Part shown: piece after piece, positions 1 through 12,000 of the stretch | Layout: the number at the start of each line of letters is the position of its first letter | Position numbering within the stretch: position 1 is the stretch's first letter | Origin: Candidatus Hermodarchaeota archaeon | Lineage (GTDB): Archaea > Asgardarchaeota > Thorarchaeia > Thorarchaeales > Thorarchaeaceae | Direction: 5' to 3' | Assembly: GCA_048885865.1 (NCBI GenBank) | Contig: JBHLLF010000034.1 | Span: 1 to 26,809 of the forward strand | Length of the DNA stretch: 26,809 nucleotides | The notes under the pieces: generated by a model | What the model was told of the DNA's origin: nothing | Seen by the model: only the letters and a program-made list of their open reading frames with translations | Database searches by the model: none | Made by a program: the position numbers and the translations under genes

Positions 1-3000
1 GATAAGGGTAATTCCATGAGTATCATCACCAGCTGCGCTTAGAACTGTGTAACCCTTCTTCAATGCTACATCTGAAACGAATGAGGTGTCGTTTAGATTC
101 AATGTCCCATCATAGCCCGAGTTGTCGAAGTCATATGTTGCCGTAACAACGATGCCAGATGCATTCTCGAAAATGTTAATTCTGTCATCTGTGGGGCTTG
201 TTATTTTTATTGTCAAACTATCCCAGATGATACTCTGCGTCTGACTATTCTGGTCAACCTGATTGAGTCCATGTGATCCACCATTGTAGGCTACAATGTT
301 GTAGATTACTTCTTGTACTGATGACCTGCTAATCGTGATTCGCCATACGCCTCCACCAATATGACTAGCAGGAATGGAATTGATTGTGACTGCTCCATTT
401 GTGACAGGACTTGAGTCGGATGCGTAGATGAGAGTCACATCCAGATTGACATTAGCATTGACATTGACTCTGGCATCGGCTGGCGAATATGATTGAACTA
501 CTACTCTATCAGCAATATATGTACCCTGAACGGAAGTGTCGAAAAGATCTTGAGCTCCACTACCCGATCCAGCTTCCACAGCTTTGATTGTTATCGTATC
601 CAGGCCTGCCGAATCGTCAGCAAATACGACCAAGCTGAAACTCCCTGAAACGAGCGTTGTATCACTCCAAGGTCCGACACTAGAACCATATCCTGAGCTC
701 AGCACCCAGACATCGGTTTCATTTGATAGAGGATTATCATCCCCTGAACCCAGATAAAGCAAAGTTCCGCTCACAGTGAAACTCCCATCGAGAGGCCCCC
801 GGTTCACTGTGCCAGAACCATCGGAAATTGCAAGCCCTGAAATGTCCAGGCGCGTTTCAACATCCCAGTTCACTTCATAGTAGTCTTCGTCTGAATCAAT
901 ACCATCTGTTACATATTGTCTGATATCTATGTCTGTCAAGTCAGAGTGGTTCCAATCTATCTTGATTATCCAAGTAACCACAAGTTGATTGCCAGTTCCA
1001 GAAGCTGATGACCATGAAGCAATTATTACATTGCCTGCTCCTTGTTGAATCGAGAATGAGTCGGTTGCAATAGTATATCTCAAAGTCCATTCTTCTTGAA
1101 TGCGGAGATTATCATATAGAGAGATCTCTACATATTGAAGTGCATCATAGCCATTTCCGTCACTCACATTCGATGTTATCACATAGAATCGATACCTTGC
1201 ATACAGATTGTCAGAATCATCTGCATTTTCGAGCATTGAAAGGCCATCTGTTGTGTTAACAGGAACTTCATTGGGAGCCTCAGACCAGGTGACTTTCTGG
1301 GTAGTAGTGATGAATGCGATTATTCCGAAATTGGTCTCAGAGCTGACAGAAGAAGCATTGTAATAGTAGATGGCATCAGAAGCCGTGTTTCTGAAGAGAG
1401 ACTTGTTGGAGTCAGTGAAAGCGTACCAGTGGGTCGCATTGCGAAAGATGACCACTTCGTAGGTTGTGCAAGTTGCAGAATCATAGTCATATGTAACCAT
1501 GAGTGTGAAGTTTGCCTGCTGCCCATTGAATAACGAAGCACCATCTGCTGTGATCTCAATCCTGAGTCTGTCCCAAATGCAGAATGTGGAATCAGGCATC
1601 GATATTGCGGTTATGCCGAAACCATCATCACCGTTTGCGGTGAGAACTTCATAGCCACGCTTGCCTACAGTAGCATAGGTAAATTGAGTATCGTTCAGCA
1701 CAAGAGTTCCATCGTAATTCGAACCATCATAATCATAGACTGCACTCACAATAATGCCAGTCGCATTATCGCCCACGTTCACTCGTTGGTCGGGAGGGTC
1801 AGTGATGGATATTGTAAGAGAGTCCCAAATGCAGTATGTATCGTCGTTTTGGCGAATTACTGTGATTCCGAATGAATCATCGCCTGAGGCAAAGCTCACC
1901 GTGTAGCCCTGCCTCTGCGCAAAATCGTAACTGAATAAGGAGTTGTTCAGAACAAGGGTGCCATCATAGACAGCGCCGTCAAAGTCATACCTGGCCGATA
2001 CAACAATTCCTGATGCATTAGAATTCACGTCAATTCTTTGATCCAGAGGATCAGTCATCTGAATGGTCAAGCTATCCCAAATGCAAGATGCTTCATCATT
2101 TACTTCGATCACTGTGATACCATAAGTGTCGTCCCCACTAGCTGAACTCACATTATACCAGTGTTGCTGCGCTGACGCATAGATGAAAACCGTGTCATTC
2201 AGAATCAATGTTCCATCATAGGCTGAACCGTCATACAAGTATGTCGCTGTGGGGACTATAGATGCAGTATCTCCAATGTTTAGTCTGTCATCAGCCACCG
2301 CGATTGTGATGGAAAGGGCATCCCAGATAATTGAAGGCTCAGCAATAGTCTGGATAGCACTTATGCCAAACTGGGTATCAGTGATTGAAGTCACTCCGAA
2401 TGCGTAACGGACTACGGTTGAGTACGTATGTAGCTGAGTCCAAACAAGATCCCCTGAATCCCATGCCATGGCAGTTCCATTAAGAAACACAGTTCCCATG
2501 GCTCCAGTAAACAGGACACCATCATACTGTCGAATTACGATGGCTGTTATTTCCTGTATCGAGCCTAAATCACACCTCGAATCAGAAACTGAGTAGCTCA
2601 GCACTCGCAGCTGGTCCCATATTACAGTAGCAACATCGTTAGTGCCAATCACAGTAATCCCATAGGTATCTCCGCTTGCGGAATCCACGGTGTAGGCCCT
2701 AGCACCGACAACTCCTTGCTGGAAAACCGTGTCGTTAAGATTCAGTGATCCATCAAAGGGCGTACCATCATAGTCGTAAATTGCCGACGCAGAAACAGAA
2801 GCGACATCTCCCACATTTATTCGATAATCAATAGCGGAGATGGAAACAGTTAGGGAGTCCCAAATACATGACACGACCATATTCTGTCGAATCGCAGTGA
2901 TGCCGAAAGAATCTCCAAAAGCAGAAGCAACTGTATAGCCCCGACGGCCAGCTGAAGCCTGCTGAAAGAAAGTATCATTTAATTGAAGAGTTCCATCATA

Positions 3001-6000
3001 TGTGGCGCCATCATAGTCATAGATGGCTGTTGGAACAATAGATGCAATAGTCCCAGTATCGATCCTACCATCACTCACTGTGATGGTAATCGTTAGCGAA
3101 TCCCAGATGATACCTTGGCTCTGTGAGTTCTGGTCTACTGCTGTTATGCCATGTTGATTGGTAGCGGCAGATACTGTGTCAAAAGTCACGAATTGAGCTG
3201 TGCTTCGCGTTTCAGTGAAGTCCCAAACTCCGTTGGAACCAGAATAAGTGGCACTAATGCCATTTATTGAAACAAATCCGTCGACAACAAAAGAATCATC
3301 AAAGTCGTAGATTAGAGTTACATTGCAGGAACATCCAGTATTGATGTCAATCCTTGAATCCCCAGCTGAATAAGAAATGACCACTAACTGATCCCAGATT
3401 ATCGTAGTGTTGGACGTAGTAACAACCCATTGCGTGAGGCCATAGACTAATTCAGAGGCTATAATAACATGATATCCTATTCTTTGGACAGATGCAGAGG
3501 TCTCCTGATAACGCCATCGAGTCGCCCCGGCATCCCACGCCAGAATCTTAGAGCCATTGAGTGCAGCAGAGAAACCCTTTGTAATGTCTATGTCAACAGC
3601 ATCAAACTCGTACCGCGCTTTCCACCAAGTTTCACCTATTGAATTCGTGTCGATTCGCCCATCGACAACGCCAGATTGATAGAACTCTATTCGATCCCAT
3701 ACTACATCCTGGAATTTTGAATTCAAGTTCAGGAGGCTGATGCCATATGTATCCTCATAGGCATTGGAACTGTTTACGTAATACCGCCATAAACCAACTT
3801 CGTACCTAGACGGTTGATATGCGAAGTGGTCAGTGCTCCAAATCATGGCATTGTTGTCCATGTAGAGAATGTCGTCCGCGCCTAGTGGATGATTATCAAA
3901 TTCAAGCACGGCGGTCACTATTATATCGGCCGGCGATCCATAGTCAATGCGGTCATCAGTAGTAGAGGTGGTCTGAATTAGAATTCGATCCCAGACCACA
4001 TCCGTCCAAAGGATATTTGGATTCAGAGAAGAAATGTCATGTGTCACTTCATTGGCTAAAGTCGAATTGACATAAAACCTCCAGAGGCCGACTGCTATCT
4101 TGGAAGTCTGATACTCAAAATGGTCAGTGTTCCAACTCATTAGAGTGTCATCTAGGTAGAGTGTATCGCTCGCTGTCAACATGTGGCTATCAAATTCGAG
4201 TTGTGCGGTGACAGAAATCGTAACTGTAGTGCCAAGATTCAGTCGATTGTCATTGGCTGTGGTTGTGGTGATTTGAATACGGTCCCATATTTGTGCCACA
4301 CTAATGCCTGCTAGATTAACGTATGAGATTCCGTACGTATCTTCAAGGGCATTTGATGCATTGACAAAGAATATCCATTCGCCAACTTGAGCAAACTGTG
4401 GCTTATACTGGAAATAGGACCCGACCCATGTCATCTGAGTCTCATTCATGTAAAGAATGTCATCCAGACTGAGCAAGTGGCTATCATACTCGAGTTGGGC
4501 GGTGACTCGAATATCAGCTTGAGTGTCATAGTCTATCCGCCCATCCTGCGTGGTAGTGGTGAGAACCAGAATCCTGTCCCAAATCTGATTTACTGATTTG
4601 CCATCGGTGTTCACCAACGAGATTCCATATGTCGCTTCCAGAGCAGTGGAGATGTTTACAAAATAGGTCCAAGACCCCACTTCATTTCTTATTGGTTGAT
4701 ACTGAAAGTAACTTGAAACCCAGGTCATTTCAACATCATCCATGTACAGGATGTCACCGGACTCAAGTGGATGATTATCATACTCAAGCAGAGCTGTTAC
4801 TCGAATGTCTGCCGCAGAACCGTAGTCAATTCTATTGTCCTGAGTTGAAGTCGTGATTATTCTGATGCGGTCCCAAATGACGCTGGCAGCTTGGCTGTTG
4901 AGATTCACTAGTGTTATGCCATATGTTGATTCCACTGCGCTAGTGGAATTCACAAAGTAGTTTAGAATACCAATGATCGAATATGCACCTGTTGACAATT
5001 CAAAGTGATCAGTACTCCAAGACATCAAAGTATCGTTGGTGAAGAGAGTATCTCCAGAACCTAGCAGATGACCATCATATTCAAGCTCAGCTGTTACGGT
5101 GATTGTGGTGGAGCTTCCATAATTGATACGGTCATCAGCCGCCGATGTCGTAATAATTCTGATTCTGTCCCATATGACGCTCGATTCTTTGCCATTCAGG
5201 TTCAATTCTGTAATACCATAGGCATTCATTGTGCTTGAGTTCAGATAGTATGTCCACGACCCAACATCTGAATTTGACACATCAAGCTCGAACCAAGAGT
5301 TGCCTGAATCCCATGACATGGCCTGATCCGCTAACATGACTGAATCGCCGGAGCCAAGGAAAGTACCATCATGCTCAAGCATGAGGGTGACACGGATTTG
5401 GACAATATCGTCAACATTGACTCTCTCATCATCAGCCACTGTCGTTTGCACTGAGATCCTATCCCAAATGACATCTTGGAAATTGCCATTCTGATTGACT
5501 GAAGATATTCCATAATCGGATTCCATTGCATTTGTGAGATTTACAAAGTATCTCCAAGACCCTACGCTTGCTTTTGCTCTTGGCAACTCGAACCTCAATT
5601 CTCCCCCGTCCCAAGTCATTTGGACACCGTCCATGAAGATTGTATCCAAGGAACCCAGCAAATGGCCATCATATTCCAACTGAGCCGTGACTCTCAATTC
5701 TGCAACGGAATTGATGTTGACTCTGCTGTCATCGACAGTAGTTGATGTAATCAGGATTCGGTCCCAGATTATAGATGCGTCGGATGTAGTCTGAGTCCAT
5801 GCCGTCAGCCCATAAGATGTTTCCAGAGCGGATAGAATAGCATATTGCTGGAGCTCGACTCCTGCCCTAGATTCAGAATATATCCAGTAGGTACCATTCC
5901 AGACTAGCAGTTTAGAACCTATGAGTTGCGCTGTCAGTCCCGATGTGATTGGTACGTCATCATAGTCATAGCGGCTTGCCCAATAGGTGGTTCCTGTGGA

Positions 6001-9000
6001 TCCAACATCAATCCGTCCATCATCCACCCCTGACAAATAGAACTCTATGCGATCTGAGATGAATGTGTCTGTAACTGATCCAGCATAGTATAAGTCCGCT
6101 CCTGAAGGGCCATCTCCTTCAGCCACCACCTTGAAAGTGTAAGTGTTTACCCGAACCGAGGATGACGATCCAATATCTGTTGCTGTTAGTACTCCAAGAC
6201 CATCCACATTTCCTGACCAAGAACCAGAGATGTCGTGCAAAACCCAGAAGTCCGTTTCATTTGACAAGGGGAATAGTGATGAAGCATAGAAAGTCAAAGC
6301 TCCCGTAGCCACTAGGTCAGCGGTATCTACGTTCCCACGATCATTATCTAGACTTGGTAGAGTTGAATAATCCAACCGCGTTTCTATATCCCAATTGGAT
6401 TCATACCAATCACTTGCCGCAGAAAATGTATTACTAACGAATTGCTTGGTATCAACGTCTACAATGTCAGGATGATTCCATGAGATCTTGATATACCATG
6501 TGATGTTCAGCCATATGCCAGACTGCTCATAGGTGCAAGGTCCCAAAGCAATGTACATTGACCCATTCGTGACAGAGAATGATGAATTACTTCTGACGAA
6601 TGTGACAGTCCAGTAGTTAGTTCCTCTGTCATCACTAAAGAGAAGGAGGCGTACGAGTCGGATATCTTGATAGCCGTTCTGATCCGAAGCATTTGAAGTG
6701 ATCTTATAGTAGCGTAGTCGTGCATACATGTTGTCAGTATCATCGGGATTGAGCAGGTTTGGTGGGGCTTCATTGACGGGAACTATTGGAACGTATGATG
6801 TCCAATTGACGAGCTCAGTGTTTGTGATGAACAGAGTGATGTCATACGAGGTTTCCGATATGATTGAGGACGCATTGTAAAAGTAGACCGAGTCACTATT
6901 CGTGTCATTGAATAAAGTCACATTCAGATATGTGAATGCCAACCAGTCAGTGTTGTTCCTCGCGCAGATTATCTCATATGTTGTGCATATTGTACCATCG
7001 GACTCGTAGACCACACTGAGGGTAAAGTTGACCTGCCTACCGTTTAGCACCATCTCGGCATCCGCTTGGATGTCAATCACCAGTCGATCCCAAATGACAT
7101 CCAGGATGTTCGAATCTAGGTTTACTACAGAAATGCCGAAATCAGTTTCGTAAGCATTTGTAGCGTTCACGAAGTATTTCCACAGGCCCACGGAAGATTG
7201 GGAAGTGCTATGAACGAAGGCGCTTTGAGGTGCGCTCCATACCATGGATACACCCTCCATGTAGAGAGTGTCTCCAGAACCAAGAAAGTGGTCTCCATTT
7301 CCAGCATATTCCAATTTCGCAGTGACTTGTAATTCAACTGTGTTGCCGACATTGACTCGAGAATCATCAGCTGTTATCGAAAGGATGAGTATCCTGTCCC
7401 AAATGACTTCAACGCTTAATGAATTCAAATCGACTTCGCTAATCCCATAAGTAGTTTCAAGGCTGGAATTAGCAAAGAAGGTCCATTTTCCAACCTCGGT
7501 GAACGCGACGTCGAGGATGAAATGACTATTCCCTCCATCCCACGTCATCGCCGAGTCGTTGACGAATACAGAGTCCCCACTACCAAGAAATGTGTGGTCG
7601 AATTCGAGCCACAATGTTACTTGGATTTGGGCAATCGAACCTACATCAAGGTGACTTATGTCAACATTTGTAGTTTGGACAGTGATCTTGTCCCAGATGA
7701 TGCTAGTATTAGCTGCTATCTGAATGAATCGAGTTAGACCGTAGAGCGACTCGGAAGCACTCGAAACTCCATATCCCATCGATTGGACTGTAGAGAATGA
7801 TTCAGAGTAGTCCCACATACTTGTGATACCATTCCAAGAAAGCGCCTTGCTACCATTCAGTGACGCGCTGAGTCCAGAGGTGATTTCAAACTGATCGTAG
7901 GCGTATCTTGCTCTCCACCATGTTGTACCAACCGCATCAACATTGATTCTGCCATCCTCAACCCCAGATGAATAGAACTCAATCTCATCCCATATGATCG
8001 ATACATTGGAGGCTGTTTGAACCCACGCTGTGAGACCATAAGTCGTTTCAGAAGCGGAAGCAATCCCATACCCCACAAGTTGGACAGAGCTTTTTGCTTC
8101 TGAAAAGTCCCAACGGAAGTCAGAAGAATTCCAAGCCAGTGCTTTTGAGCCATTCATTGATGCAGTTAAAATGGCTCCCGATATCTCAATTCTATCATAT
8201 TCATACCTTGCGTTCCAGTAAACCAACCCAATATGATCCACATCGACTCTGCCATCAACTGCCCCGCTCTGATAGAACTCTATCCGATCCCAAATCTGGC
8301 TAATACTATTGCCATCTAGGAATAGAGCAGAAATCCCATAGGTTGCTTCATTCGCATTAGAGGAGTTGACATAGAAATCCCAACGTCCAACCATAAAGAA
8401 TTGAGGCTGAAGTCGGAAGTACGAACCAACCCAAGTCATCACAGTATCATTCATGTATAAGGTGTCAGCAACACCTAGAGGATGGCCATCGAACTGCAAT
8501 TCCGCGGTGACTCGAATGTCCGCCAACGACCCGAAGTCAATTCTGCCTACTTGTGTCGTAGTTGTGACAATCACAATTTGATCCCATATTTGATCGACTT
8601 CCGCACCAGCGAGATTGACCACGGTTATCTGAAATGTAGCTTCCAAAGCTCCAGTGGAATTCACATAGAACTTCCACTCGCCCACTTGAGAGAACTGGGG
8701 TTGCAGTCGGAAATATGGGCCAACCCATGAGAGCCCTGTATTGTTCATGAAAAGAGTATCACCCAAACCGAGTGGATGGCCATCATACTCTAGCTCAGCG
8801 GTGACTCTCAAATCTGCAAATGTATTGATATCAATTCGTGAATCTTGAGAGGCAGTAGCCGTTATCAGAATGCGGTCCCAAATCACATTCGCTGAAAGTG
8901 GGTTGGATTGCACGAGCGTTATTCCAGAAGCTGTTTCTAGAGCACCTGATGCATTCACAAAGTACCTGAGAGATCCAACTATAGAATAGGAGCCAGTTTC

Positions 9001-12000
9001 GAGATAGAAATGATCTGTATCCCATGTCATCACAGTATCATTCATTCGTAATGTGTCTCCACTGCCCAAGAAGGTGCCATCATACTCAAGTTGAGCTGTG
9101 ACATTTACTGTAGTGCTTGTACCATAGTCGATTCTACCGTCAGAAGCCACTGTGGTGATAATAAGAATACGGTCCCAGATTTGGTCTATCTGTTTCCCGT
9201 CAATATTGAGCACAGTAATATCGTAAGTATTCTCCACGGCTCCAGTTGCATTGACATAGAATCTCCACAGCCCCACCTGCGAGAACTGAGGCTGCAGCCT
9301 GAAATAAGGACCAACCCAAGTCATGGCTGTGCTGTTCATGTAGAGTGTATCTCCCGCTCCAAGAAGATGGCCGTCGAATTCCAACTCTGCTGTCACTCTA
9401 ATGTCCGCAGCTGTCCCATAGTCAATTCTTCCATTCTGCGTGGTGGTTGTGATAATTCGTATGCGATCCCAAATGATTGTTGCATTGCTTGCGGTTTGCA
9501 CCCAGCCAGCTAGTCCATGTGTGGCATCGTAAGCCGAGGCGATTGTATATCCAGTGGCCTGGACTGAACTCATAGTTTCTTGAAATGTCCAGTGGGAGCC
9601 ATTCCACAAGAGTATCTTGGTGCCATTTAATGCCGCGCTCAGCCCGCCCGTTATTGAGAGAGAGTCGTACTGGTATCTGGCACTCCACCAAGTGACACCG
9701 CTCGAATCGACATCTATTCTGGAATCATCGACTCCTGACTGATAGAATTCGATTCTATCAGCGACAAATATGTCAGCAATGCTTGAGAAAAGAAGATCAG
9801 TGCCCCCAAATCCTGCACCCTTTTGGACAACCTTGACTGTGTAAGTGTCTTGGCCAACTTCATCATCTGCATAGCAGGTAACGTTGAAGAACCCTGAAAC
9901 CAGGGATGAATCAAGCCAAGGCCCTACACTGGTTCCATACTCAGACCCGGAAACCCACACGTCCACTTCTGATGATGGGGGAGTGATAGCTGAACCATGA
10001 TATGCAACAGTGCCAGTGGTGAAGAACTGAGTATCTAGGTCCCCTCTATTTATCGTGCCTATATTATCGTCAGTGGCAATGCCCACAATGTCCAGCCGAG
10101 TTTCTATGTCCCAATCGACTTCATACCAGTCCGTGTCATTCTCTGATTTACTGTCAATGACGACACACTCAACATCGGTTCCTGTGACGTCCGGATGAAT
10201 CCATTCAATCGAAACTTGAAAGGTAATATCAATATCATTCCCCGCCCTCAAGGCATTTGATGAAACAGTGTCAAGAGCGATGTAATTTGCCGGGTCCGAG
10301 AACTCAGCAAAGCTATCAGTGTCCTCATTATACTCGATTGTCCAGTAGAGTGTGAGTCTATCGTCCGAGTATAGAGAGAGCCGCATGCTTTGGATGTCAC
10401 TATACCCGTCCTGGTCAGAAATATTTGCAGCTATCAGATAATCCCTGGCTTTAGCATACATGTGGTTAGAATCATCGATGTTGCCTACCGAGGGCTGTTC
10501 ATCGTTCGATGGAATATTGTTCCAAGTGTGAAGAAGAGTTGCATCAATGGACCATTGTGACGACACCGCGTCGCCTACTTCCAGCCCGCCCCTGAACCTG
10601 ATGGTGAATGTTGCAGATGTTAGCCAAGTTTCCACGCTTATGTTGTTCCATGAGTCTGCCTGCAAGTCAGCGAATAGACTGACCCAGGCAAGCCCGTCCC
10701 AGACTTCGACTGCTATATCTTCTGAATCGGTATTCCCTGCATAGATGCAGAGAAACTCGTTATTATTGTCAAATTCAGCTGCGGTCCATTGGACCTCCAA
10801 GTCTAGTTCATAGTTGTAGGTCTGATCTGTCCAGGTATGAAGTGTAATGAGATCTATCTCCCAAAGCCCTTGCTCTGCATCACTTGTGTTATCTGCACCT
10901 CGGAGTCTAATCGTGTAGCTGACTGAATTAAGGCCTGTGGCAGTCAGATTGGTCCACCCGGTTGCGGTAATCGTTCCCAGGCTGAGCCAGCCGACTCCAT
11001 TCCAGTAGCTGACATTTAGACCCTCAGTCCCAGCAATCGATCCAACATTGATACAGACTTCCTCATTGACTTCATCATTGTCTGCTCCACTCCAAGCGTA
11101 CTCGAAATCAGCCTCGTAGTTGACAACCTTTGGGGAACTAACGCCAATCCGCAGATGATCAGCGTAGGCATAGTCTGCACCACCAGTCTTGTAGAACACA
11201 AGTCTAATACGAAGTGAATTGACCTGCTGTTGAGAAAGTGTACCTACAATTGTCAGGTTGTCGTATTGCTTGGCCGTATGCTGCGCGACTCTACCCAGCA
11301 AAGTGCCGGCGCCTCCGGTAGTATCATAATAGACATCAAATCCATCATCAGCCGCACCATCAAGGTTCCAGCAATACAACGATACGTTTACTGTGAGGGC
11401 TCCCGACAAAGACGTGTTAGGAAATCCCCACCAGCCTCCCTGAGATCCTGGGGCCTTTGTATAGATGTAGTTCACAGGCTCATCTTGTGAACTCAGGTAG
11501 GGAGAAGTACCTTCTATTGTGAATCCGGCATAAGTCGCATCGTATGCGTCTGTGTCAAGCCAAACAGACTGATACGGATCACCGATATCTACTTCCTGAA
11601 TAGTCATGAACTGGGTGTCAACAGCGGTTCCTTGTGCATTTGCAGGATTCGTCTCGACCCCCACATCTGGTGAAGAGTCAACATCACTCGCATAGCTATC
11701 ATAATCATCCTCAGCGTCCGTGGTAATGGGTGCTGTATTCTCTTCAGTAAGAGTATCATATGTAGCATCAGGTCCAGATTGTTGGTTGGCAAAATTCGAG
11801 TGACTTCCTAGGTATCCGGCGCCATCGACATCTGACAGATTATTAGCTGCAAATTGTTCAAGCGATGATGCAAGAGTGTATTCTGTCTGAGTCACTATCA
11901 AACTTGGCTCACACGTTGGAGAGTATGAAGGATTAGTACTAGTGCCGAGCAGCATAGCCACTATACATCCTGTGAGGACAATGACTAAGGGTCCTCTCCT

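Larger units (their letters stand above)
1..9765 (-). repeat. Coding tandem repeat units (~81-103 aa) of the giant protein, delimited by (I/V)WD
   Basis: In-frame WD codons (plus-strand RTCCCA) at 9466, 9172, 8875, 8581, 8287, 7987, 7690, 7396, 7087, 5761, 5461, 5167, 4870, 4576, 4282, 3988, 3694, 3391, 3100, 2857, 2614, 2320, 2074, 1822, 1570 and 220. ADR/SDR variants at ~9757, ~6052 and ~510. Shared motifs DxR(I/V)(D/N), (E/D)(Y/F)DG and (Y/F/H)G(I/L)(T/S). Confidence 0.92.

Noticed and set aside
10039-10047. RGD integrin-binding motif in node 1
   Set aside because: The equivalent positions in nodes 2 and 3 are RGN and RGP, so only RG is conserved.
1320-11792. About 20 short ORFs (60-140 aa) listed on both strands, including look-alike antisense ORFs 8482-8730 and 9091-9513
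   Set aside because: All lie within the giant ORF as off-frame or antisense shadows. Their mutual similarity only mirrors the coding repeats.
1-11900. CRISPR array, DGR template/variable repeat or non-coding tandem array
   Set aside because: The periodicity is at protein level (multiples of 3, synonymous divergence). There are no identical DNA repeats, no adenine-specific mismatch pattern, and no RT or cas gene in the window.
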